Shown here piece after piece: positions 47,783-55,874 of a stretch of 64,000 nt of DNA. The DNA comes from Vicinamibacterales bacterium (lineage in GTDB: Bacteria > Acidobacteriota > Vicinamibacteria > Vicinamibacterales > UBA2999), in NCBI GenBank assembly GCA_035626435.1, contig DASPNQ010000122.1:108-64107 (forward strand), given 5' to 3'. The notes below the pieces were generated by a model that worked only from the letters and a program-made list of their open reading frames with translations, did not search any database and was not told the DNA's origin. A program made the translations under genes and the position numbers. Every line of letters begins with the position of its first letter. The stretch's first letter is position 1.

Positions 47783-48922
47783 ATGATCAGCGTAGCCGCT
47801 ATCCGGATGCAGCAGTTCGGCGTGCAATTCTATCAGGCCTCCCTGACGGCCAGTGACATCGACAAGCTCGTGCGTTTTGAAGTGCTGAGCTACCAGGACC
47901 AGGCGCAGGCCGGACTCCGCGGCAAGAAGAAAGGCGGCCAGCAGTCCAAGATCAACTGGGATCTGCTGGAGCGCCGCATCGCCTCCAACGAGAAGGCCTA
48001 CCAGCGCCAGATCATCCGCAAGAAGATCGACGAGCTCGTCGCCTACTACGAGCAGTGCCGGCAGGCCCGCGATCTGCCGTCGATCCCCGGCGCGGTGATC
48101 ATCTCGTGCGACGAAAAACTGTCCTTCGAACCCTCGGAAAGCGGATCGTGGGTCGGACGCTTGAAGGTGCCCGAGCGCGAAGGCATCCTCCGCGCGATTG
48201 ACGGCCAGCATCGGCTGCTGGCGCTGCATGCCGACATCGATCGGTTTGGCGACGAGCCCTTCACCGTGCCGGCGATCATCTTCGACCGCGTCCCGGAAGA
48301 TCACATCGTTCAGATGTTCGTCACGATCAATGCCAAGCACACGCGGCTGAACGCCTCGCACCTGGTGTCGCTGTCCGGACGCCAGCTGTATCGCGACGAA
48401 GCGCTGGCCGCGGCGCATGACGTCGTGCGCGCGCTGAACGATCGCGAAGAGTCGCCGCTCTACGGCGAGATCAAGCTGCTCGGCGTCGGCAAGGGCCGCG
48501 TCGGACAGGCGCCGCTGGCGCAGGAATTGAAAAAACTGTTTGCCGACGAGGCCGCGCTCGGCGGCGCCCGGAAGAGCGAGCAGTTCCGCGAGGACTCGAA
48601 GAAATTCTTCGTGAATTACCTGAAGCAGATCGCCAGCATTTTCGAATCCGCCTGGCAAGGCCGGAAGTACTCGATCAAGTCGGCGACCGCGTTGCGGGCG
48701 TTCATCCGCGTCGCGCCGGACGTCATTCAGAAGATCGATCAGCATCACGCCGATCGCACGGACTATCGCGCCATCGGCCGGGTCATCTCGCCGTGGGGAC
48801 GCCGCATTGGCGCGCTGCGCTTCGAGACCGACGGCGCGTGGAAGCGGCAGGGAACGACGGTCGACAACCTCGCGAAGGAACTGCGACTGGCGCTGCAGTA
48901 CCCCGAGGGCGCGGCGGGGTAA
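47783..48922 (+). CDS. DGQHR-domain protein (DndB-like, ParB/Srx-fold)
   Basis: ILRAIDGQHRLLAL motif, downstream FVTINAKHTRLNASHL block and upstream PGAVIISCD block, as in DndB/DpdB-type proteins. Start chosen at MISVAAIRMQQFG. Confidence 0.85.
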   Translation: MISVAAIRMQQFGVQFYQASLTASDIDKLVRFEVLSYQDQAQAGLRGKKKGGQQSKINWDLLERRIASNEKAYQRQIIRKKIDELVAYYEQCRQARDLPSIPGAVIISCDEKLSFEPSESGSWVGRLKVPEREGILRAIDGQHRLLALHADIDRFGDEPFTVPAIIFDRVPEDHIVQMFVTINAKHTRLNASHLVSLSGRQLYRDEALAAAHDVVRALNDREESPLYGEIKLLGVGKGRVGQAPLAQELKKLFADEAALGGARKSEQFREDSKKFFVNYLKQIASIFESAWQGRKYSIKSATALRAFIRVAPDVIQKIDQHHADRTDYRAIGRVISPWGRRIGALRFETDGAWKRQGTTVDNLAKELRLALQYPEGAAG

Positions 48923-49106
48923 CTGCAAGTTTCGTTATCGCACCGATCAATTTCGTATGGGCCGTGCAACGGCTTGTGCGGAAAACCTCGGAAACAGGCC
49001 TGAAACGTCGTGGCATGGACATTGGAGTGCTGGACGCGTCGCCAGTCTGTTTACTACGGCAGTAGTGCTGTAGTAGCTGGGGGGAGCCAGGTTGGCGGCA
49101 ACTTTT

Positions 49107-49134
49107 GGGCGGCGGTCCTTCGGGATCGCCGCCC
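49107..49134 (+). terminator. Very stable hairpin: 12-bp stem (one G-U pair) closed by a UUCG tetraloop. Possible terminator or RNA structural element.
   Basis: GGGCGGCGGUCC-UUCG-GGAUCGCCGCCC read directly. There is no canonical U-tract after it (UUAGUCAUUCUGG), so a terminator role is uncertain. Confidence 0.35.
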
Positions 49135-49153
49135 TTAGTCATTCTGGGGCGGG

Positions 49154-49265
49154 GATCAGCGATCAGCTGTCAGCGATCAGCTATCAGCTGTCAGCGATCA
49201 GCGATCAGCTGTCAGCCTTCAGCCTTCGGCCTTCGGCCTTCGCGCAGTCTGCAGTCTTCAGTGGT
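49154..49265 (+). repeat. Sixteen tandem heptamers of the TCAGC family, the largest array in the window
   Basis: gatcagc gatcagc tgtcagc gatcagc tatcagc tgtcagc gatcagc gatcagc tgtcagc cttcagc cttcggc cttcggc cttcgcg cagtctg cagtctt cagtggt. Confidence 0.9.
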
Positions 49266-49394
49266 GCGAAAAACGTGATTTTGGTTACAAATTCGTCTGC
49301 CCCGGACGGGGAATTGCCGCTAACTTCAGGCCTGATTTCCAATGATATGTGCGGCATTGCCCTTGAAGTGTGTTGCTGGCAGTTAGAGTCTTTA

Positions 49395-49423
49395 TTGACG
49401 CTCGCGACTACCGACCCTACGAT
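49395..49423 (+). promoter_or_regulatory. Candidate sigma-70-type promoter TTGACG-17 nt-TACGAT upstream of the kinase operon
   Basis: Read directly in the lower-GC segment. Lies about 75 nt upstream of the ATG at 49498. Confidence 0.3.
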
Positions 49424-49497
49424 TCCGATGTCGCTCTCACGGAACTGATCGAGTCTAATGGCCGCAGCACCCGCGCAGAGCGCAGAAGGCAACAACC

Positions 49498-51465
49498 ATG
49501 GCTCGCCTGACACCGCCGCCTGAATCAATCGGACGCTTCAAGATCCTCGAGGTCCTCGGACGTGGAGGCATGGGCGAGGTCTATAAGGCCTTCGACCCGA
49601 CACTGCAACGGACCATTGCCGTCAAGACGGTGCGGCCGGACATCGATCGTCCTGAATACCTCGAGCGAATGATGCGCGAGGCGCAGGCCTGCGCCCGGCT
49701 GTCGCATCCCAACATCGTCACGGTGTACGAAGCCGGCCAGTTCGACGGTGTCGTCTTCATCGCGATGGAGTATCTGCAGGGCGAAAACCTCGCCGACGTC
49801 CTCGAGAAGTCCGCGATGACGCTCGATCAGAAGATTCACGTGCTGGCGAAGGTGCTCGAGGCGCTGCATCACGCGCATAACCTGGATGTCGTTCACCGCG
49901 ATATCAAGCCGAGCAACATTCACGTCTGCGGCGATGGCGTCATCAAGCTGATGGACTTCGGCCTGGCGCGCGTGCTCGTCGCCGATACGCTCACCGCATC
50001 GGGCAACGTGCTCGGCACCCCGCATTACGCGTCACCCGAGCAGTTGAAAGGCGAAACCGTCGATCGTCGTACCGACATCTATTCGACCGGCGTGATGGCG
50101 TACGAGATGTTGTCGGGCCGCCGCCCGTTCGAGCCGGACAACGACACGATCTCGTCGGTGATTCTCAAAGTCATCCAGCAGCCGCCGGCGCCAATGGATA
50201 CGCCGATGAGCCGCCTGTTGCCGGAGATCGAAACCATCGTCGCGCGCGCGATGGCCAAGCGCCCCGACGAACGTTTTCAGACGGCGGACGAAATGCGGTG
50301 CGCGCTGCTGGCTTTTCTCGAGCACTCGCGCGCCCGCCTCTCCGCGATTGACTCCCCCAGCGACGCGACGATTATCGTCACGCCGCCGGCGGCTGGCCAG
50401 CCGGCCGCGGCGGCATCGTCAGCGGCGATGGTGACTCAACCGGTCGCGGCGGGCACCGCGCAACCCTTTACCCCTCCGGTGTCGCAGCCATCGCTCGCGA
50501 CGCAAGCGTCGTCCGCTGCGACGCCCGACACCGCCCCGGCGGCCGCAACTACGGCGCTGCCGCCACCGTCACCCAACCGCGCGTGGATGTGGGCGGGTGG
50601 CGCCGCGGCAGCTGTCGTTGTCGGCGCATTGCTCATCGCGGCGCCATCGCGGGACATGACCGCCCCGCCCGCGGAGTCGACGTCGACCGCCGCCGCGCCG
50701 GCTCCGCCACTCGCGACTCCGCCCGCTTCGAATGCCGCGAATCCCGGGGCGGACGACACGAAAGTGGCCGCGGCGCCCGCCGGAAACGCCGTGGCATCCA
50801 CGGCGGCGTCACTGACGGCTGCGGAGAAGCGCACGACGCCGGCGCCGGCACCCGCGGATTCGCCTGCCGTAACGGGCACGACGGCCGCGGTGCCGGCCAA
50901 GGAGATGACCGCCAAGGAGATGTTCTCCGCCAGGACGAACATCGCGCCGGGACTGCGGTTCCGGTTGATCCAGGCCGGCGTGAACGACGCGCCAATGGAC
51001 GTCGATCCCTCGAAGGAGTTCCGCACCGGCGATCGCATCCGCTTTGCGTTCGAGTCGAATATCGACGGCTACCTGTACGTCGCGCAGCAGGGCACCAGCG
51101 GCAATTGGACCGTGTTGTTCCCGAACCCGCAAATCAACGGCGGACGCAATAAAGTGCAACGCTTCGAGGAATACGAGGTCCCCAGCGGCGACTGGTTCCA
51201 GATGGCTGGGGAACCCGGGAGCGAACAGATTTTCGTGTTTCTCAGCCGCGAGCCGTTGGCGACGTTGCCCGGCTTCGACCAACCGGTGAAATCATTCGAG
51301 CGTGGCAACGGCACCATGATCGCGTCGCTGCAGAACAGCATTCAATCGCGCGATCTGGTGTTCACCAAGGATCCCAGCTCGTCGAAGACGCAATCGACGT
51401 ACATTGTCAACAAGGCGGAGCTTGGCAAGGCCGTTACCGCGAGGTTCAGTCTCACTCACCGATAG
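49498..51465 (+). CDS. Transmembrane Ser/Thr protein kinase with an extracytoplasmic C-terminal DUF4384 domain
   Basis: GRGGMGEVYKA (G-loop), AVK, HRDIKPSN, DFG and SPE motifs. Pro/Ala-rich linker, then TM segment WMWAGGAAAAVVVGALLIAAP. C-terminal DRIRFAFESNIDGYLYVAQQGTSGNWTVLFPN is typical of DUF4384. Confidence 0.9.
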   Translation: MARLTPPPESIGRFKILEVLGRGGMGEVYKAFDPTLQRTIAVKTVRPDIDRPEYLERMMREAQACARLSHPNIVTVYEAGQFDGVVFIAMEYLQGENLADVLEKSAMTLDQKIHVLAKVLEALHHAHNLDVVHRDIKPSNIHVCGDGVIKLMDFGLARVLVADTLTASGNVLGTPHYASPEQLKGETVDRRTDIYSTGVMAYEMLSGRRPFEPDNDTISSVILKVIQQPPAPMDTPMSRLLPEIETIVARAMAKRPDERFQTADEMRCALLAFLEHSRARLSAIDSPSDATIIVTPPAAGQPAAAASSAAMVTQPVAAGTAQPFTPPVSQPSLATQASSAATPDTAPAAATTALPPPSPNRAWMWAGGAAAAVVVGALLIAAPSRDMTAPPAESTSTAAAPAPPLATPPASNAANPGADDTKVAAAPAGNAVASTAASLTAAEKRTTPAPAPADSPAVTGTTAAVPAKEMTAKEMFSARTNIAPGLRFRLIQAGVNDAPMDVDPSKEFRTGDRIRFAFESNIDGYLYVAQQGTSGNWTVLFPNPQINGGRNKVQRFEEYEVPSGDWFQMAGEPGSEQIFVFLSREPLATLPGFDQPVKSFERGNGTMIASLQNSIQSRDLVFTKDPSSSKTQSTYIVNKAELGKAVTARFSLTHR

Positions 51466-51473
51466 CACGTGTT

Positions 51474-53633
51474 ATGTCACGCTTTCTGATTCTCATCTTG
51501 TTGGTGCTGGCGTCGTCGGCGACGCAGGCGATCGACTTCGCTCAGCAGGCGCCGCGCGATTTGATTCTGGCGCCGAAGAACACGCCGTTGGCAGTGAAGA
51601 ACGCGGTGCCGCGCGGCTACGCGCTGATTGTCGGCATCTCCGAGTACAAGAATCTCGACGCCTCGAAGCAGCTCCGCTTCCCGGAGAGCGATGCCGACGC
51701 GTTGTATCGGGTGTTGATCAACCACGAAGGCGGGGCGTTTCCGGCGGAGAACGTGCACTTTCTGAAGGGATCACAGGCCACGCTGGCGAACATTCGACAT
51801 GAGCTCGAGACCTGGCTGCCGTCGGTGGCGCAGCCGGCCGACCGGGTCGTGGTGTATTTCGCCGGCCACGGTTTTGTGCAGAACGGGCGCGGCTACCTGG
51901 CGCCGTACGATGTCGACCCCGACAAGCTCGACGCCACCGCCTATCCGATGTCGTCGCTCGGCGACGTCCTGGCGAACAAGGTCGGCGCGGGCTGGAAGGT
52001 GTTGCTCACCGACGCGTGCCACTCTGGAAAGATCAACGGCGAGACCACCAATGAAGCGCTCGAACAGCAATTCAAGTCGCTGCCCGCGAGCTTCTTGACG
52101 CTGACCGCCACCACCGAGCGCGAGCAGAGCTTCGAGGATCCCAACCTCGGTACCGGCTTCGGCTTTTTCACCTACTACCTCGTGCAGGCGTTCAGCGGTT
52201 ACGCGGACAACGATCCATGCGACGGCCGTATCACCGCCGATGAATTGATCGAGTACGTGCGCACCAACGTGCGCCGCTACGCGCGGGAGCGGCAGCTGTC
52301 GCAGACGCCGACGGCGCGCGGCGACTACGAACCCGAGATGCTGTTGGGCGTCGCGCAAGGGTGCTTATCCGACGGCAACGGCGACGCGCCGTCGATGCTC
52401 GGCACCGCCGTCATCGAGTCGAACATGGACGACGTCGATCTGTATCTCGACGGCAAACTGATCGGCAGGCTGTCGAAAGACAAGCCGATGACGCTGCCCG
52501 GCCTGTCGAGCGGGATGCATGAATTCCGCGGCGTCCGCGAAGGCTACGAGCCCGAGCGCAAGGAAGTGATGATTCCGCCCGGACAGGAAGTGGCGGTGAG
52601 CCTGCGCATCCGCTACGTCCGGCAGATCAAGAAGCCGGCCCAGGATCTCAACGAGCAAGGCGAAAAGCTGCTGTTCACACGGCGCTCGTCCATGAGCCTG
52701 CTCAACCTGGTGCCGATGGAGCGGAAGCAGAGCGAGTCCGACCTGCATCGCGCGGCTGCATATTTCGAGAAGGCGCTCGACATCGACCCGGGCTTCGCCA
52801 CGGCGGCCTATCACCTGGGTCAGGTCAAGCAGCTGCTGATGAAGCACGACGAATCGGTGGCGGCCTTCCGCCGCGCCATCGCCATCGATCAGACCCACAT
52901 CGACGCGCGCATCGAGTGCGCGGCGGTGCTGATCGAACAGGGCGATCCCGACGAGGCGATTCGCGAGCTGACCGAGGCGCTGCGCCTCGAAGCCGACAAC
53001 GACGTCGCGCACTCGATGCTGGCGCGCGCCTACTGGGACAAGGGCGTCTGGGCCCGCGCCATCGACAGCGCCGATCAGGCCATCAAACTCAAGCCGTCGA
53101 ATGCGCAAGCGCACCTCTGGCGCGCCGATTCGTTGCGGCAGCTGGCCGCCGCGAGCACCGATCCGAAGGTGCAACTCAGCCTCTATGCCGACGCGCGCAG
53201 CGGCTACCGCACCTTCCTCGACCTCACGAATTTTTCGACCGGCCTCGGCTCGAAGCTCGCCTTTCATTTCATCGGTCTCGGCATCGGCGCTCGCCGCCAC
53301 GCCGATCGCCAGGTCGCGTACGACAGCTTGCGCAGCGCCGGCTTTCTCGGGTTATGCCTGTCGGAGCAGAAGGTCGGCAATCCCTTGAAGGCGCGCGATT
53401 ACTGTAAGCGCGCGCTGAAGCACTCGCCCTCCGATCCGATCGGCTACTTCCTGCTTGGCAACGTCAATCGCGACCTGTTCAACGCGCGGCAGTCCTGCAG
53501 CTTCTTGAAGGACGCGCGCACCAGCTACACGAAGATGCTGGAGATCAATCCGCATCTGTCGGAATCGCGAAACGCGCGCAACTACGTCGGCCAGATCGAT
53601 GGGTTCCTGCCACAGTTGAAGTGCGGGTCGTAA
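51474..53633 (+). CDS. Exported caspase-family (peptidase C14) protein with PEGA-like and TPR domains
   Basis: Signal peptide MSRFLILILLVLASSATQA. YALIVGISEYKN, catalytic His in YFAGHGF and catalytic Cys in LLTDACHSGK. PEGA-like DLYLDGKLIG...GVREGYEPERKEV. Multiple TPR units at the C-terminus. Confidence 0.9.
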   Translation: MSRFLILILLVLASSATQAIDFAQQAPRDLILAPKNTPLAVKNAVPRGYALIVGISEYKNLDASKQLRFPESDADALYRVLINHEGGAFPAENVHFLKGSQATLANIRHELETWLPSVAQPADRVVVYFAGHGFVQNGRGYLAPYDVDPDKLDATAYPMSSLGDVLANKVGAGWKVLLTDACHSGKINGETTNEALEQQFKSLPASFLTLTATTEREQSFEDPNLGTGFGFFTYYLVQAFSGYADNDPCDGRITADELIEYVRTNVRRYARERQLSQTPTARGDYEPEMLLGVAQGCLSDGNGDAPSMLGTAVIESNMDDVDLYLDGKLIGRLSKDKPMTLPGLSSGMHEFRGVREGYEPERKEVMIPPGQEVAVSLRIRYVRQIKKPAQDLNEQGEKLLFTRRSSMSLLNLVPMERKQSESDLHRAAAYFEKALDIDPGFATAAYHLGQVKQLLMKHDESVAAFRRAIAIDQTHIDARIECAAVLIEQGDPDEAIRELTEALRLEADNDVAHSMLARAYWDKGVWARAIDSADQAIKLKPSNAQAHLWRADSLRQLAAASTDPKVQLSLYADARSGYRTFLDLTNFSTGLGSKLAFHFIGLGIGARRHADRQVAYDSLRSAGFLGLCLSEQKVGNPLKARDYCKRALKHSPSDPIGYFLLGNVNRDLFNARQSCSFLKDARTSYTKMLEINPHLSESRNARNYVGQIDGFLPQLKCGS

Positions 53634-53664
53634 TGCCGCTCGGCGCCCACGCTGCACGTCAGTC

Positions 53665-54732
53665 ATGAACACGATCGCGCGGGCACTGCCATTGCTCCTG
53701 CTGCTGTCGGCCGCCGTCGCCGCCCAGTCGCAAGGCGGCTTGACGATCGTCGTCATCGAAGGTGAAGACGGCGTCAACATCATCCAACAGAAAACCGCGG
53801 TGCGCCCGATCGTCGAAGTGCGCGACCGCAACAACCTGCCGGTCCCTGGCGCGATTGTCACCTTCTCGATCGAGGGCGGCACGGCCGCATCGTTCGGTGG
53901 CGCGTCGACCGTGACCGTCGCCACTAACGCCGCCGGCCAGGCCGCGGTGACGAGCCTGACGCCCTCGGCTGCCGGCGCATTTCAGATTCAGGTGTCAGCG
54001 GCGTTCCAGGGCCAGGTGGCGTCCGCGACGATCGCGCAAACCAATGTGATGACAGCCGCGCAGGCGGCTGCCGCAAGTGCCGCCGGAGGATCCGGTGGTG
54101 CGGGATCCGGCAGCGCCGGTGGTTCCGCAGGCGCGGCAGGCGGCGCCGGTGGCGGCCTGTCGGCAACGACCGTCGCCGTTGTTGGCGCCGGCATCGCGGG
54201 CGGCGCGCTGGCAGCCACGAAGGCCGCCGGCGGCGACGAAGGCGCAAACGGGGGACCTGGTAATGCGTTCACCGGCCCGTTCAGCGGCAGCCTTGTCAGC
54301 ACCATCGTGAGCCGCGTGTCCGGTAACACCTGTACGATCACGCGCGTCATCACCGGGACCGCCAAAGTGGCACTCGACGTCAACACGACGTCCGCTGTCA
54401 GCGGACGGCTCGAAGTAACTGGCAGCGACACGATTGCGAGCGCGACGTGCGTGACACCCGCCAATCCGCCGACGCAGTTCGATCGCACCGCGGCGCTGAG
54501 CGGCACCCCCGCGGCGATTCGCGGCAGCGACACCAGGAATGACTCACGCACGCAGGCCGGCGGAGAGACCATCAACGCCACCCTGACATTTGCTTTCGAC
54601 GGGTCTCTTATCGGCAACACCATCACCGGCACGATGCGATACGAGGAAGTCAGCGTGGCAACCGGCGGAGGCGGGGGGCCGGTCGATCAGAAAGCGTCCG
54701 GAACCTTCCCCGTGACTTTGACGCGATCATGA
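53665..54732 (+). CDS. Secreted Ig-like (Big_1/invasin-type) domain protein, paralogue 1: Ig domain, Ala/Gly-rich linker, variable C-terminal domain
   Basis: Signal peptide. RPIVEVRDRNNLPVPGAIVTFSIEGGTAASFGGASTVTVATNAAGQAAVTSLTPSAAGAFQIQVSA is a Big_1-like pattern. Confidence 0.8.
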   Translation: MNTIARALPLLLLLSAAVAAQSQGGLTIVVIEGEDGVNIIQQKTAVRPIVEVRDRNNLPVPGAIVTFSIEGGTAASFGGASTVTVATNAAGQAAVTSLTPSAAGAFQIQVSAAFQGQVASATIAQTNVMTAAQAAAASAAGGSGGAGSGSAGGSAGAAGGAGGGLSATTVAVVGAGIAGGALAATKAAGGDEGANGGPGNAFTGPFSGSLVSTIVSRVSGNTCTITRVITGTAKVALDVNTTSAVSGRLEVTGSDTIASATCVTPANPPTQFDRTAALSGTPAAIRGSDTRNDSRTQAGGETINATLTFAFDGSLIGNTITGTMRYEEVSVATGGGGGPVDQKASGTFPVTLTRS

Positions 54733-55775
54733 GAACTATCTGCACATTGCTGCTGGCGGCAGTACTTGCCGGCGTTGAAACCAGCGGACAATCGCCGGCC
54801 ACGCCATTGAGAATCGTCGTCGTCCAGGGCGAAGACGGCGTCAACATCATTCAGCAGAAAACCGCCGTGCGGCCGATCGTCGAAGTGCGCGATCGCAACA
54901 ACCTGCCGGTCTCCGGCGCGATCGTCACCTTTTCGATCGAAGGCGGCACCGCGTCGTTCGGCGGCGCCTCGACCCTGACCGTCGCGACCAATGCCGCGGG
55001 CCAAGCCGCGGTTTCAAGCCTTACGCCGTCAGCGGCGGGCGCGTTTCAGATCCAGGTCTCGGCAGCGTTTCAGGGCCAGGTCGCGACCGCGACCATCGCG
55101 CAGACGAACGTAATGACCGCCGCGCAAGCGGCGGCTGCCGGTGCGGCCAGCGGAGGGACATCCGGTTCGTCCGCAGGCAGCAGCGGCGGGGCGGCCGGCG
55201 GTGGTGGCGGCTTGTCCGGAACGACACTCGCCGTGGCCGGTGCCGCCGTCGCTGGCGGCGCGCTGGCCGCGGTGAAGGTCGCTGAGAACGTCGACGCTGA
55301 CGAAATCTTCACGGGGACCGTCAGCGGTCAGACTTTCTTCACCAGCGTCAATCGCACGAACGGTCTGCGTTGTACGACGACGCGCATGTTTACCGGCACT
55401 GTCCACTTCGAAATCGACGACCCGCGCGGTGACAGGGTCGAAGGGCACATGGAAATAAACGGAACTGAACGGTTTGTCTCAAGCACCTGCACGGGTGGGG
55501 ACACCTCGGACCAGCCGAGGCAGTACGGGGTTTTGTTCAGTGGCACAGACTCGTCGATCCGCGGACGCGAACAGCACCTGTTCACCGGTACGGCGCCGAA
55601 TGGCCACGCCGTTCAGAACACTCTGATCACGACGTTTGAAGGCGCCCGCAGCGGCGACACCATCGTAGGCACCTTCAGCTTCGACAGCCAGGGCACGTCC
55701 ACGTCACCCGACGGGGTCATTTTCGACACGTCGTCGTCGGCGAGTTTTCCGATGACGCTGACGAAAACCCAGTAA
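54729..55775 (+). CDS. Secreted Ig-like domain protein, paralogue 2
   Basis: ATGA overlap with paralogue 1. The N-terminal 110 aa are nearly identical to paralogue 1 at protein level, with many synonymous nucleotide differences. Confidence 0.8.
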   Translation: MRTICTLLLAAVLAGVETSGQSPATPLRIVVVQGEDGVNIIQQKTAVRPIVEVRDRNNLPVSGAIVTFSIEGGTASFGGASTLTVATNAAGQAAVSSLTPSAAGAFQIQVSAAFQGQVATATIAQTNVMTAAQAAAAGAASGGTSGSSAGSSGGAAGGGGGLSGTTLAVAGAAVAGGALAAVKVAENVDADEIFTGTVSGQTFFTSVNRTNGLRCTTTRMFTGTVHFEIDDPRGDRVEGHMEINGTERFVSSTCTGGDTSDQPRQYGVLFSGTDSSIRGREQHLFTGTAPNGHAVQNTLITTFEGARSGDTIVGTFSFDSQGTSTSPDGVIFDTSSSASFPMTLTKTQ

Positions 55776-55874
55776 CGGCGTACCGCCAACGGGGTTAATG
55801 ACAGCCCGCACGCGCCGCGATATGCTCGCACCTCATCCGTCGGGCGGCAACCGCCGGATATCCCCCGAGGCGTT

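Noticed and set aside
47759-48928. 389-aa ORF on the - strand, covering the DGQHR locus
   Set aside because: The + strand frame carries the DGQHR and FVTIN blocks and normal amino-acid composition. The - frame is Arg/Leu/Ala-rich with no recognisable domain.
49154-49265. Heptamer and 9-mer tandem arrays considered as CRISPR arrays (also at 20317, 27543, 38171, 61147, 9072 and 9636)
   Set aside because: The period is only 7-9 bp with no unique spacers between repeats, and no cas genes are present. These are microsatellite-like tandem repeats, not CRISPRs.
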